Below, one piece after another: positions 1 through 9,173 of a stretch of 57,994 nucleotides of DNA. Source of the stretch: Candidatus Moranbacteria bacterium RIFOXYB1_FULL_43_19 (GTDB taxonomy: Bacteria; Patescibacteriota; Minisyncoccia; Moranbacterales; UBA11712); NCBI GenBank assembly GCA_001784875.1, contig MFSH01000007.1:1-57994 (forward strand), read 5' to 3'. The translations under genes were made by a program, and so were the position numbers. Position 1 is the stretch's first letter. Each line of letters opens with the position of its first letter. The notes beneath the pieces are model-generated. The model did not search any database and was not told the DNA's origin. It saw only the letters and a program-made list of their open reading frames with translations.

Positions 1-90
1 AACCTTAATTGTTAGCTATCTCCAAGGTTAGATTTTAAATGATAAATCGAATAGAAGGAAACTTAGGTTTTGGATGATTTACTGCGTTGT

Positions 91-119
91 TTGACATTGT
101 GCTTCGTATGTGCCATATT
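91..119 (+). promoter_or_regulatory. sigma70-like promoter of orphan operon
   Basis: TTGACA (91-96), 17-nt spacer, TGc-CATATT (114-119), upstream of ORF 174. Confidence 0.6.
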
Positions 120-173
120 GTAATGCTAGAGTTTTTTGAAAATTAGCAATCAAATTTTCCAAGGGGGAAACAT

Positions 174-653
174 ATGATACCGAAAGATCAAGCTTTTCTA
201 CAAAAGGTCAGAGCCTTTATGGCGCAGATCCAACCCTATTACTATGAGTTTGCCGCGGAGATCGAGACGTGGCATTTGGGCCCGGGCGTCTTTGCATTTA
301 TGGCTCGTTACATGGAGTCCGGCGGGATTCTCCTTAATCCGGGGATTGATGAGGCGGGGAATATCATGCTTGATATTTTCTCCGGGAGAACCGATATCAC
401 CCGCGAGTGCTTCAAGCCTGATATCCCGATAGAAAGACATCGCCTCGACGTCGGTTTCCTGCCCTTTCTCCTTGAGAGAGGATCCAAGGATTCCTGGTGG
501 AAAAAAGATCCGCAGTGGAGCTTCGCGAATGGCCAACAAGCAATGGAAGTTGTCCGGGGAATAATCGTCCCCCCATTTGCGCTCTTCGACAAACCGCACT
601 TCATCAATCCTTCACTGCCTCGTGTGGTATATTTTGGGCCGAACTATCAATGA
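174..653 (+). CDS. hypothetical protein
   Basis: 159-aa ORF preceded by AAGGGGG SD; no recognisable motif. Confidence 0.7.
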   Translation: MIPKDQAFLQKVRAFMAQIQPYYYEFAAEIETWHLGPGVFAFMARYMESGGILLNPGIDEAGNIMLDIFSGRTDITRECFKPDIPIERHRLDVGFLPFLLERGSKDSWWKKDPQWSFANGQQAMEVVRGIIVPPFALFDKPHFINPSLPRVVYFGPNYQ

Positions 654-682
654 GCTTCAAATAAAGGTAAGGAGAATAGAAG

Positions 683-1202
683 ATGACAAGATACACGGAA
701 ATGACTGCAAAGGAAGGAAGGAAGGAAGGAAGGAAGGAAGGAAGGAAGGAAGGAAGGAAGGAAGTTCCTGCCGAATGTCTGGAACCTGTTTTTCAAACCT
801 TTTACAGAAGCGAATTTCTTCGTCGAACCATGGGAAAACTGTGAGCTCGCCGACTGTGCCGATTTCCGAATGGATTCGGATGAAGTTTTTTTCTTCGTCA
901 CCGACGAAGGACTGATTAATTTCCTGAAAGAGGTTAAAGGAGAGCTTTGTCTCTTCGGCGCCTACAATCAGATCAATGTGTGTCAGATGAGGGCGCGGGG
1001 CCACGTCGCACTCGCAGAGGGGCATTCCGAAATCGAGCGGATCAGGAAGCGCCTACGCGACAGGATTGAATCCAGGGTGGGAGCACCGGTTCACAGGCTC
1101 AGCGAGAAGGAGGCCAAAGAGCGGTGTGTCATTCTTGAAAACGGTCTGCTGTTCCGATTCCTCGTCAGTTCCTACGCATACAGCATGTACGAACGTAGCT
1201 AA
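683..1202 (+). pseudogene. hypothetical protein frameshifted by a (GGAA)13 tract, possibly phase-variable
   Basis: AAGGAG SD then ATG at 683; that frame stops at 842-844. The frame of ORF 870-1202 is open back into the repeat, and losing one GGAA unit joins the two. Confidence 0.55.
712..763 (+). repeat. tetranucleotide microsatellite (GGAA)13
   Basis: Read directly from the sequence. Confidence 0.95.
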
Positions 1203-1232
1203 AAATTTACGCGCTAAAAGGAGGCAGAAGTC

Positions 1233-1397
1233 GTGATAATCTTGATGAAAACGTCGGAAGGGTTTGTTTGGATGCCGATTCGCCGTTGCACGATATGCGG
1301 CCAGGAAAACCCCGACCAACTGAAAAAATGCATCGAGCAAAAGGAAAAGGGGCTCGCAGAATTTCTGAAAAATGGGGGAGAATTGAGAGCCGCATAA
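1233..1397 (+). CDS. small hypothetical protein (54 aa, CxxC)
   Basis: AAGGAGG SD, GTG start, translates as VIILMKTSEGFVWMPIRRCTICGQ...RAA*; below the ORF-track size cutoff. Confidence 0.55.
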   Translation: MIILMKTSEGFVWMPIRRCTICGQENPDQLKKCIEQKEKGLAEFLKNGGELRAA

Positions 1398-1416
1398 ATC
1401 TCAAGGAGGTGATCAC

Positions 1417-1800
1417 ATGGACTTTCGTCCACGAGTATTGGCAGTAGGGATGAACCTGCTCAAAGAGGAGGTTATGGATGAGGGACTAGTGCAAAGTCTG
1501 GAGAACATAACCATTGGTCATCTGAACGGGTGTACGCACATGGGTCTCCGAGGGGAAAATATTGTCTTCAACTTTTCGGTTGATCCTTCCGTCATGACGC
1601 CCGAGATCCCCGTCGTCTTCCGCATCAGTCTCCTGCCGTCCTGTCGGACAGACCTCACGAGGCTCGAAAGGGATGTCGTTGCGACCAAAATCGAGCGCGA
1701 CTTCCATCGCATTCTTTACAAGAGGCCGAATATTCTGGTTTTAGTGGAATGTCTAGGGGCCAAGCAGGTCGGAATGTCGGTTCCTGAAGAAAAGGAATAG
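1417..1800 (+). CDS. hypothetical protein
   Basis: 127-aa ORF with a perfect AAGGAGGTGA SD. Confidence 0.7.
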   Translation: MDFRPRVLAVGMNLLKEEVMDEGLVQSLENITIGHLNGCTHMGLRGENIVFNFSVDPSVMTPEIPVVFRISLLPSCRTDLTRLERDVVATKIERDFHRILYKRPNILVLVECLGAKQVGMSVPEEKE

Positions 1801-1837
1801 CAGTAATTCTGCAGGAGCTAAGAAAAAAACACTCGTC

Positions 1838-1876
1838 GGCTCACTCTGGGTAAATCCTAGGGTGAGCTATTTTTTA
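1838..1876 (+). terminator. intrinsic terminator
   Basis: gctcactctggg-taaat-cctagggtgagc stem-loop followed by a T-tract. Confidence 0.75.
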
Positions 1877-1927
1877 TTACTCAAAAATAGACTATAATAG
1901 CTTAAGTTTTAATACTTTTCTCCATTC

Positions 1928-1949
1928 CCCGAAATACAAGGTTCTGACC
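1928..1949. repeat. 22-bp direct repeat, copy 1
   Basis: cccgaaatacaaggttctgacc, identical at 3467-3488. Confidence 0.85.
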
Positions 1950-2054
1950 ACAATATCCTTGTATGATGGATCGGAAAAATGCCTTGTTTTGAGGTGTTTT
2001 TTTATTTGAAAATCTACTGTAAGATATATACAGTTAAACAAATATCTAAAGCCT

Positions 2055-3458
2055 ATGGGAATTGAAGATGAATCAAAGAAAAGCGAAACACCAATAGTCA
2101 ACGAAGTAAAGGAAGATGAGAAAGGAACGGTTAAAAAGAAAATCGATATTCTTGGTGTCGGCGAAATTGAATATACGGAAAAAACGGTGATGTTTCCGGA
2201 GAAAATTGTTCAGAAAACGGGCGGGGTGAAAGGGTATATTCGGAAGATGATTTCATGGGAAGAATTAATAAGATTTTGGGATCTTGATGAAAGTGAGTGG
2301 GAGAAAATAAAAGAAGGACAGGTTTATGATTCAAGAGAAGATTTAGAGGAAGAAAATAAACAAAAATTAGCAAGGGGTAGGATGGACTTATTGTGGGACG
2401 ACAATACTTTAGATAAACACCCTCGAAAAAAATCACTAGAAAATTTTTTAATGACCGACGGATTCAATAAAATTATTTCTGAGTTAACTAACGAGGAATT
2501 TATCAATCAGACATTTAATCATGTTGTATTAGGTCGGCGGGAAGGACAACGAGAGTTAACAAAAGAGCGCATGCTTGAAATGTTAAATACAAAGGAGCTT
2601 AATTTGCCTTTCGATTATTACGGATTATTCTATGATCTTGAGGATGATAGACTTCTTTCCAGCTACGAATTATTTGGCAAGGCGAATTTGTCAGATGATT
2701 TATTGAAAAAATATATTCTATGTTATGAAAGTGATAGACTAATAGATCACTATTATTCTAAGGGTGACAAAATTTTGGTTTATCTTAAGTCAGATGTTTC
2801 CGAGAATGATTATATTTTATTTGAAAAAGAAATTAAATATGACGAAAAAGAAGGACCGTTGTTGAGCATAAAAACCGAGAGAAATAAACATGACGATATA
2901 ATATTCCCGGACTTTGCTTTGTCAGAAGAAGAAAAGAAATTGATTATTGGTAAATTAGAAAAATGTAAGAATGTTTATTATTATTCAAGTTATGGTTTAA
3001 ATCTTACAAATCAACAGGAGTTTTGGAGGGGTTATCATTTTCATGGTAAATATAATGCAAATGGGATAAGTCCTAATAATATTGTCCTTGGTTTTAAGTT
3101 TGATACCCGAAATTCCGTTTTGCGAGATTATTGCACGAAAATTCTTAATTTGGTGAAAGAACAAAAGGCGAGAAAAAGCGAAAAGGATTCATATTATTAT
3201 CGAAAAAATTCAAGAGATAAAGATGCTCGAAGTCTTGCCATTAATACAGTGAAAAGTTTAGTGGAACCAATGAGAGAATGGAAAGGACAAAAGGTTTCTG
3301 CGACAGGGCGTATCGGCAACAGTCTCGAGCGAGGAGAGCATCCATACTTGCCAATAGTTGTGAATCATCCCAACCTTCCTGAACTTCGTTGGTGCCATGC
3401 AGATTATGCAGCTATTCCGACAAAAAACGGCTATAACATTATAGAAATGATAACTTAG
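2055..3458 (+). CDS. hypothetical protein (AT-rich, charged)
   Basis: 467-aa ORF, visibly lower GC than neighbours, no recognised domain. Confidence 0.8.
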   Translation: MGIEDESKKSETPIVNEVKEDEKGTVKKKIDILGVGEIEYTEKTVMFPEKIVQKTGGVKGYIRKMISWEELIRFWDLDESEWEKIKEGQVYDSREDLEEENKQKLARGRMDLLWDDNTLDKHPRKKSLENFLMTDGFNKIISELTNEEFINQTFNHVVLGRREGQRELTKERMLEMLNTKELNLPFDYYGLFYDLEDDRLLSSYELFGKANLSDDLLKKYILCYESDRLIDHYYSKGDKILVYLKSDVSENDYILFEKEIKYDEKEGPLLSIKTERNKHDDIIFPDFALSEEEKKLIIGKLEKCKNVYYYSSYGLNLTNQQEFWRGYHFHGKYNANGISPNNIVLGFKFDTRNSVLRDYCTKILNLVKEQKARKSEKDSYYYRKNSRDKDARSLAINTVKSLVEPMREWKGQKVSATGRIGNSLERGEHPYLPIVVNHPNLPELRWCHADYAAIPTKNGYNIIEMIT

Positions 3459-3466
3459 GAGTATTT

Positions 3467-3488
3467 CCCGAAATACAAGGTTCTGACC
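3467..3488. repeat. 22-bp direct repeat, copy 2
   Basis: Identical to 1928-1949. Confidence 0.85.
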
Positions 3489-3663
3489 CTCATATGTTGA
3501 TATTATATTCCCGCAAAACGCCTGAAATACGGCGGTTTTTGTTTGGCTTTTTCTTTTTTCAAAAACATTGTATATTATAAAGCCAGGATGAAGACGCCTG
3601 ATTTACGAAAAACCAGGATAATATCCACTACAACTAGTTGTAGTGGAAAAATTGATAATTTTT

Positions 3664-4599
3664 ATGCGTTTTTATTTCAAAATATTCCTATTGGCAGTAG
3701 TTGCGGCGATACTGCTCTATTTCTTTTGGCCGTTTGGAAAGCGGAATTTTGACCGAGATATGGCTTTTGCGGTGGAATTTTCCGACAATGGAATGAATTT
3801 CGAGGCCAGCGCGGACAAAGAAACAGTCGGTGAATTTCTTGAAGAAACGGGCATCGAACTTGGAGAAAAGGATTTTGTTTTCCCCTCACCGGAAGCGAAA
3901 ATTTTTCCCGGAAGCCGAATAATCATCCGCCGCGCCTTGCCAATTGCAATCGCCGTTGACAACCAAAAAATAAGTCTCGACACACTCGGAACGACAGTCC
4001 GAGACGCGATAAACGAGGCCGATGTTGTTCTTTCCCACGCTGACAAAGTCAGTCCCGAAATCAATACTTTGTTGAAACCGAATCTCGACATCGTCGTCAC
4101 AAGAATAAATTTCGAAGAGGTGAAAATTGAAGAAGCTATCCCTTTCCAAACGGTTGAAAAAGAAGACAAGACAGTCCTATGGCGCAAGCGCGAAACCAAG
4201 CAAAAGGGAGAAAAAGGCATCCGGGAAAAAACTTATAAAATCACCTATACCAACGGCAAAGAAACCAACCGGCAATTGCTGGGAAGCAAAATCACGAAAA
4301 CACCCGTTTCCCAAATCGAAGTCGTCGGGACAAAAATCATTGTCGGAAAAACCCAGACGGGAGCAGCAACCTGGTATGTCTTTGGCGACGACCTCACTTG
4401 CGCGAGCCTTGATTTTGCTCGCGGAAAATACCTCCGCGTCACGAACCGCGCCAACGGGAAATCAGTTATCGTCCAGGTGAATGACTCGGGACCATACGGC
4501 AAAGGCCGCATCATCGACCTCAACAAAAAAGCTTTTCAGAAAATCGGCGATATCGGCGCGGGGGTGATCAATGTGAAGGTAGAAGAGATTTTAAATTGA
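3664..4599 (+). CDS. YabE/RpfB-like cell-wall protein (DUF348 x2 + G5 + RlpA-like DPBB domain)
   Basis: N-terminal TM helix; TVGEFL/TVRDAI ubiquitin-like repeats; G5 segment KQKGEKG...VGTK; C-terminal ATWY...VNDSGP...RIIDL; upstream of rsmA as for yabE/rpfB. Confidence 0.85.
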   Translation: MRFYFKIFLLAVVAAILLYFFWPFGKRNFDRDMAFAVEFSDNGMNFEASADKETVGEFLEETGIELGEKDFVFPSPEAKIFPGSRIIIRRALPIAIAVDNQKISLDTLGTTVRDAINEADVVLSHADKVSPEINTLLKPNLDIVVTRINFEEVKIEEAIPFQTVEKEDKTVLWRKRETKQKGEKGIREKTYKITYTNGKETNRQLLGSKITKTPVSQIEVVGTKIIVGKTQTGAATWYVFGDDLTCASLDFARGKYLRVTNRANGKSVIVQVNDSGPYGKGRIIDLNKKAFQKIGDIGAGVINVKVEEILN

Positions 4600-4608
4600 C
4601 AGCTACGC

Positions 4609-4712
4609 TGTCATACCGAGCGAAGCCGAGGGATCTTTGCTAATAATCCAGTAGCTAGTTATTTGCTCATACACGCAGATTCCTCCGCTCGCTTTGCTCG
4701 GTCGGAATGACA
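4609..4712. repeat. REP/RPE-like palindromic hairpin element
   Basis: tgtcataccgagcgaagccgagggatct ... agattcctccgctcgctttgctcggtcggaatgaca; complementary arms with TGTCAT/ATGACA ends. Confidence 0.7.
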
Positions 4713-4721
4713 AAAAATAAT

Positions 4722-5552
4722 ATGATTCCTAAAAAATCACTTGGTCAAAATTTTCTGATTAATGAAGAAATTGCCGAAAACATTGCGGATTCGGCTGATT
4801 TGTCAGGCAGAGACAACGTCCTTGAGATTGGTCCGGGAAAGGGAATTCTTACGAAATATCTTGCCCAGAAAGCAGAGAATGTTTTGGCGCTGGAAATTGA
4901 CTTTAATCTGGCCAAGAAACTGGACGGTGAAAATTATAAAAATACAAAAATCATCAAAGGGGATATTTTGAAAATAAATCTGCCGAAATTGATCGAGGAG
5001 AATCATTTCAAAAATTACAAAGTCGTTGCCAATCTTCCATATTACATCACTTCCAAAATAATCCGCCTGTTTCTCGAGACAAAATATCCGCCGAGCGAGA
5101 TGATTTTGATGGTTCAAAAGGAAGTCGGAGAGAGAATCATTGCCCTTGATAGAAAAGAAAGCATCCTGTCCATATCCGTGAAATTTTATGCCGATCCGGA
5201 AATTTTATTCTTCGTATCGAGGAAAAACTTCGACCCCGCGCCAGAGGTTGATTCAGCGGTCATAAAAATAACAAGAAAGAAAAAAATTCCAGATATTTAC
5301 CCTGTTAAATCCCGCGGAGCGGGGTCCCGCCAAAGCGGGACATTTAACAGGGTGAAGTTTTTCTCTCTCGTCCGCGCCGGATTTTCTTCAAAAAGAAAAA
5401 CGCTCGCGAACAATTTGTCCGCGAGTTTTTCCATTCCGAAAGTTGAGCTTTCGAAAGAATTGAAAAAGACCAACCTTGAGCCGGGAGTGCGGGCAGAGAG
5501 ACTGGAAGTGGAGGATTGGGTTAGGCTGTATAATATTTTTAACAGTTGGTAA
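4722..5552 (+). CDS. rsmA: 16S rRNA m6,2A dimethyltransferase KsgA/RsmA, with a 19-aa in-frame insertion
   Basis: PKKSLGQNFL, LEIGPGKG, VANLPYYIT, FDPAPEVDSA motifs. Confidence 0.97.
   Translation: MIPKKSLGQNFLINEEIAENIADSADLSGRDNVLEIGPGKGILTKYLAQKAENVLALEIDFNLAKKLDGENYKNTKIIKGDILKINLPKLIEENHFKNYKVVANLPYYITSKIIRLFLETKYPPSEMILMVQKEVGERIIALDRKESILSISVKFYADPEILFFVSRKNFDPAPEVDSAVIKITRKKKIPDIYPVKSRGAGSRQSGTFNRVKFFSLVRAGFSSKRKTLANNLSASFSIPKVELSKELKKTNLEPGVRAERLEVEDWVRLYNIFNSW
5298..5354. mobile_element. 57-bp in-frame hairpin mini-element in rsmA
   Basis: accctgttaaat...atttaacagggt perfect inverted repeat with two inner hairpins; encodes YPVKSRGAGSRQSGTFNRV. Confidence 0.75.
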
Positions 5553-5562
5553 TGATGATTAA

Positions 5563-5690
5563 TGGCAGTGAGTAACAAGGCAGTGAGCAGTGAGATTGGC
5601 AGTGGGTCATTAGTAGTGAGATTTTCGCTATACCTTAATTAAAAAACTCACAGCCAAAGACCAATGACCTGTCCCACAGCCAATAACCAT
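5563..5690 (+). repeat. family-B heptad inverted-arm element, empty copy
   Basis: gtaacaaggcagtgagcagtgagattggcagtgggtcattagt ... actcacagccaaagaccaatgacctgtcccacagcc; very similar to 14938-15076 and to the flanks of 7412-7792. Confidence 0.85.
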
Positions 5691-5692
5691 TT

Positions 5693-7360
5693 TTACCTAA
5701 GACTAAAACGAACCAAGGGCCAAAAAAGAAAGTAGGTCATTAAAGCAACGTATAAAAACAAAATGCCAAATACAAAAATATGCACCCTCCGGGCGCTTAT
5801 TTTTTTGTTCTGGAGAATCCAAAAGGAAACCGCGCCCAAAATCATAGCCGGAAAAAACAAAATCTTGGCGTTGAGCCAAACGACGCTCAAAGCGTAGGCG
5901 ATGAATATGCCAAGGCCAATAGAAAACCTTGCCCAGGTTTCGCCGAGCAGGACGGGAATTGTCCAAATCCCGTATTTTTTATCACTCTCGATGTCTTTGA
6001 GGTCCTTGATGGGGAGAGAAATCATGAAAGCGATGATGAGCAGCCAAAAAACCTTGGAGGGAAGCAGCGAAATGTCCTGGTTGTCAGCCAAAAGAATAAA
6101 ACCGCCCGAAAACAAGAGAACGAGAGCCAGAGCCGAAAGAAAACCAGCCACAATCGGGAATCTTTTGAGTCGGAAGGGCCAGCAGGAATACACCCAGCCA
6201 ATAACTTGATAGACGAGGATCAAAAGAAGAAATTTCACTCCGACCGTGAGAGACAGAACAAGGGATAAAAGAAAGCTGGCCAGAAAATAATGCTGGTATT
6301 CACCAGTTGAGACCTCGCCGGTCGCCGTCGGCCTATTTTTATTAGTGATTTTATCAATATCAAGGTCGACAATATCATTAAGGAACACTGAGGCCAGCCA
6401 AGCAAAAACCGCCGCGAGAATGAGATTGGAAAGGGCGAAAAAGGAGAAGATGTTGTCAGCCAGAGGCTGACCCCGCAAATCTGGGATATTTGCAGGGAAA
6501 TAAAAAGCGCCCAGTCCCGCGCCGAAAAGCACCAGACCGGCGTGAATCAGAATTTGGATCCAGCGAATGTTTTTCAAAACTGCGAAAAATTTTTCTTTGC
6601 TGAAAAAATAGAATAATGCGATGGCAGCGAAAACAACCAGAAACGCATAAATCAAATTCATCTTGGCGTTGAGCGCGTTCAGGATTTCGGTCCCCGAATA
6701 TGAGAAATAATGGATCGGGGAAAGAAAAAGTCCGGCCACATCAAGCCCTTCGATTTGAAACATGCTTTTTTGGGGCGCCAAAAAAAGAAAAGTGAGCCAG
6801 GAAGGAAACGACCCGAAAAGAAAAAGAATTGCGTAAGAAAGAAATCCTCCCAGAAACGCCTTCAGGGCGTTCCGGGTTTTGAGAAATATATATAAAATCA
6901 GAAAAATAACCGCCAGTGCCACCTCGATCCGGACGCCGTAAGTGATCCCAACCACCGGATCGCTCCCGAAAAAGGTGAGAAACCTTTTTCCGAGCCCCGC
7001 GAGGCTGTCAAAAGCGTAGAAACTCCAACAGCGCTGGGCCCCGCAAAAATATTTGTCGAGTATCGGAGGCGTGACAACCAAAAAAAATCCCCAGATCAAG
7101 AGATTCGCTATTTTTTGGAAAGATTCCCCAAGGTAAGCGCTTAAAAACAAAATCAGAAGGATTATCGAGAACAGGAAAAAGAGCCAGGCAGCCAGGAACG
7201 AACCGACAAGAAACTCGGGCGAATGGCTTTTGAGGCCGGAAATGAGATTTTCGCCCAAAACTCGCAGAGCTATGAGAGCCGAAAAAGCAAGAAGAAATTG
7301 GGGAAGAGAGAGAGGATATTCTTCAATTTTTTCCAAAATTTTTTTGGTCGTTGGTAACAT
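5693..7360 (-). CDS. UbiA-family prenyltransferase with N-terminal multi-TM extension
   Basis: NDIVDLDIDKITNKNRP and KDLKDIESDKKYGIWTIP aspartate-rich motifs; many TM helices. Confidence 0.85.
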   Translation of the reverse strand: MLPTTKKILEKIEEYPLSLPQFLLAFSALIALRVLGENLISGLKSHSPEFLVGSFLAAWLFFLFSIILLILFLSAYLGESFQKIANLLIWGFFLVVTPPILDKYFCGAQRCWSFYAFDSLAGLGKRFLTFFGSDPVVGITYGVRIEVALAVIFLILYIFLKTRNALKAFLGGFLSYAILFLFGSFPSWLTFLFLAPQKSMFQIEGLDVAGLFLSPIHYFSYSGTEILNALNAKMNLIYAFLVVFAAIALFYFFSKEKFFAVLKNIRWIQILIHAGLVLFGAGLGAFYFPANIPDLRGQPLADNIFSFFALSNLILAAVFAWLASVFLNDIVDLDIDKITNKNRPTATGEVSTGEYQHYFLASFLLSLVLSLTVGVKFLLLILVYQVIGWVYSCWPFRLKRFPIVAGFLSALALVLLFSGGFILLADNQDISLLPSKVFWLLIIAFMISLPIKDLKDIESDKKYGIWTIPVLLGETWARFSIGLGIFIAYALSVVWLNAKILFFPAMILGAVSFWILQNKKISARRVHIFVFGILFLYVALMTYFLFWPLVRFSLR

Positions 7361-7855
7361 GGCTGTGGGCAGCGGGACAAGTCATTAGCTGTGAGTCTTT
7401 GGATTTTGACTTTAGCAAAACTTGTCCCAGCTTTGTTTCAGCTTATAAATTTGTTTGCCGATTATTTCATATTCTTCAATTATCTTTTGCACGGAATCTT
7501 TGTTGACATAACCAGAATAAATATCCCTGACATGGCAAAGGCTAACAACCGTTTCATTGTCTTCCGCTAAAGCATCGTCCAAATATTTTTGAAAGCCTTT
7601 TTTCTGATGTTTTTTCCCGAACCCTTCCGCAATCAATCTCGGTATGGCTTTGGAAGATCTTCTTAATTGATCGACTAAATCAAATTTCTCTTCGGCTGGC
7701 AATTTAAACACTATTTTAGTGCAGACAATAACAGACAATTTATAAGACCGCTGATAAACTTCAAGATCCCGATAACTCCTTATTTTATTCATAAAATACC
7801 CATGACTAATGACCAAAGACCAAACCCACCGCCCACTGCCTTGTTACTCACAGCA
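7352..7855 (-). mobile_element. family-B heptad-arm cassette carrying a four-helix-bundle gene
   Basis: 5' arm gtgagtaacaaggcagtgggcggtgggtttggtctttggtcattagt; 3' arm ccaaagactcacagctaatgacttgtcccgctgcccacagccatgttacc, which contains the ATG of the ubiA-like gene. Confidence 0.75.
7412..7792 (-). CDS. four-helix-bundle protein (TIGR02436 / 23S rRNA-IVP / Avd-like)
   Basis: SYRDLEVYQ...LPAEEKFDLVDQLRRSSKAIPRLIAEG signature. Confidence 0.92.
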   Translation of the reverse strand: MNKIRSYRDLEVYQRSYKLSVIVCTKIVFKLPAEEKFDLVDQLRRSSKAIPRLIAEGFGKKHQKKGFQKYLDDALAEDNETVVSLCHVRDIYSGYVNKDSVQKIIEEYEIIGKQIYKLKQSWDKFC

Positions 7856-7926
7856 TATATTTAAACCTTACCAACAAAACCCCAATTTATCAACACCCTT
7901 AAAGCTTTGTTGACAGCAAAAAATTA

Positions 7927-7935
7927 TGGTATAAT
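7927..7935 (+). promoter_or_regulatory. extended -10 promoter for the T4SS-like operon
   Basis: TGGTATAAT with TTGTTG/TTGACA upstream; TTATCAACA DnaA-box-like site at ~7887. Confidence 0.55.
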
Positions 7936-8029
7936 TTTTGTATATTTACCCCGTCAGAAATTTGGCAAAAAATGAATCGGCGGGGGAGTTTTGCTGCAGA
8001 TATAAAACTAAATTAACCAAAACAAAAAT

Positions 8030-9166
8030 ATGATTTCAAACCGTCTCAAAAGAGCGAATAAGGCAAAAATTCTCGCGACGGGAATCGCCACTCTGGCTGT
8101 GTTTTTCTGGACGCTTTTTGCCGTTGCCGAAAACAAAAACAGTAACTCTCTTTTCCTTGACTCCGACCAGGACGGGCTTACCGACCAGGAAGAGCGAATG
8201 ATCGGCACCGATCCGCAAAACATTGACACGGACGGCGACGGATACTCCGACGGGAAAGAGGTTTCGAGCGGCTACAATCCCCTGAAGCCGGCTCCCGGCG
8301 ACCAGGTGGTGGCTGGAGCCGATCTTTCCGTCGGACAAAGCGGGAGCGGAGAGACCGCTGCCCCCAAAAACCCGCTGACTTCCTCCGGAGCAGTTGACCT
8401 GGCCGGACTTTCCGGCTCGGGCAGTCTTCTCGGTCTCGACAGCCCCGCTCTCACCAATGACACTTTGGCTGATCTTTCTTCCGACCCCCAAAACCCGAAT
8501 CTTACCAATGAGATGATCGGGCAACTTATGTCGCTCACCAAAACGAAAGCCGAGGGTTCTGAAGATTTCCTCAACAACCCGACTTTTTCCGCCGATGATC
8601 TTTCATCTGTAGCCCAAAATGCTCTCCAAACCACGAATATTACTGAAGAGCTTCCCGCTATCCGGGACGACGAAGTGAAGCTTCTCCCTCCCGTTGACGA
8701 CAAGAAGCTCGATCCGGAGGAGGTAAAAGAGGAGCAAAAAAAAGAGATCGAAAAATACTTGGCGTCTCTTGCTTTTGTTTTTGCCTCCAATTCACCTTTT
8801 TCAATCGACAACCCGGAAAATCTCGCTCCAAGCCTCGAGAAAGAACAGGAAAATCTTCTCACGGCTCTCACTACCGGAGACACATCCAAGATTGACGACT
8901 ATGCCCAAAAAGCCCGGACCGGAATCGAGCAGATCAAAAAAATAGAGGTGCCCTATGTTCTCGAAGACCTCCATAAGTCAGCATTGCAACTCGCGATATA
9001 CACTCTTGACCTTAAAGACAAAGCTGTTGTTGACCCCAATGATCCCTTGAAAAGCCTGGCCGCTTTCAGTTCAATCCGAGCGGTGGGGGATGCGGCCATG
9101 AAACTCGGCCAGGAGATGCAATCAGTCGCTGAACAGTATGGAATCAGCTTTATAAATTTTCCCTAA
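8030..9166 (+). CDS. exported protein with DxDxDG (TSP3-like) calcium-binding repeats
   Basis: N-terminal TM helix; DSDQDGLTDQEE...GTDP...DTDGDGYSDGKEV. Confidence 0.85.
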   Translation: MISNRLKRANKAKILATGIATLAVFFWTLFAVAENKNSNSLFLDSDQDGLTDQEERMIGTDPQNIDTDGDGYSDGKEVSSGYNPLKPAPGDQVVAGADLSVGQSGSGETAAPKNPLTSSGAVDLAGLSGSGSLLGLDSPALTNDTLADLSSDPQNPNLTNEMIGQLMSLTKTKAEGSEDFLNNPTFSADDLSSVAQNALQTTNITEELPAIRDDEVKLLPPVDDKKLDPEEVKEEQKKEIEKYLASLAFVFASNSPFSIDNPENLAPSLEKEQENLLTALTTGDTSKIDDYAQKARTGIEQIKKIEVPYVLEDLHKSALQLAIYTLDLKDKAVVDPNDPLKSLAAFSSIRAVGDAAMKLGQEMQSVAEQYGISFINFP

Positions 9167-9173
9167 AATATCT

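Noticed and set aside
577-1025. ORFs 577-915, 647-901 and 657-1025 with GRKE/PSFL repeats
   Set aside because: They are by-products of translating the GGAA microsatellite in other frames.
6455-6471. gtcagccagaggctgac hairpin inside the ubiA-like gene
   Set aside because: Possibly a tiny repeat insertion, but a 7-bp stem in single copy is not enough support.
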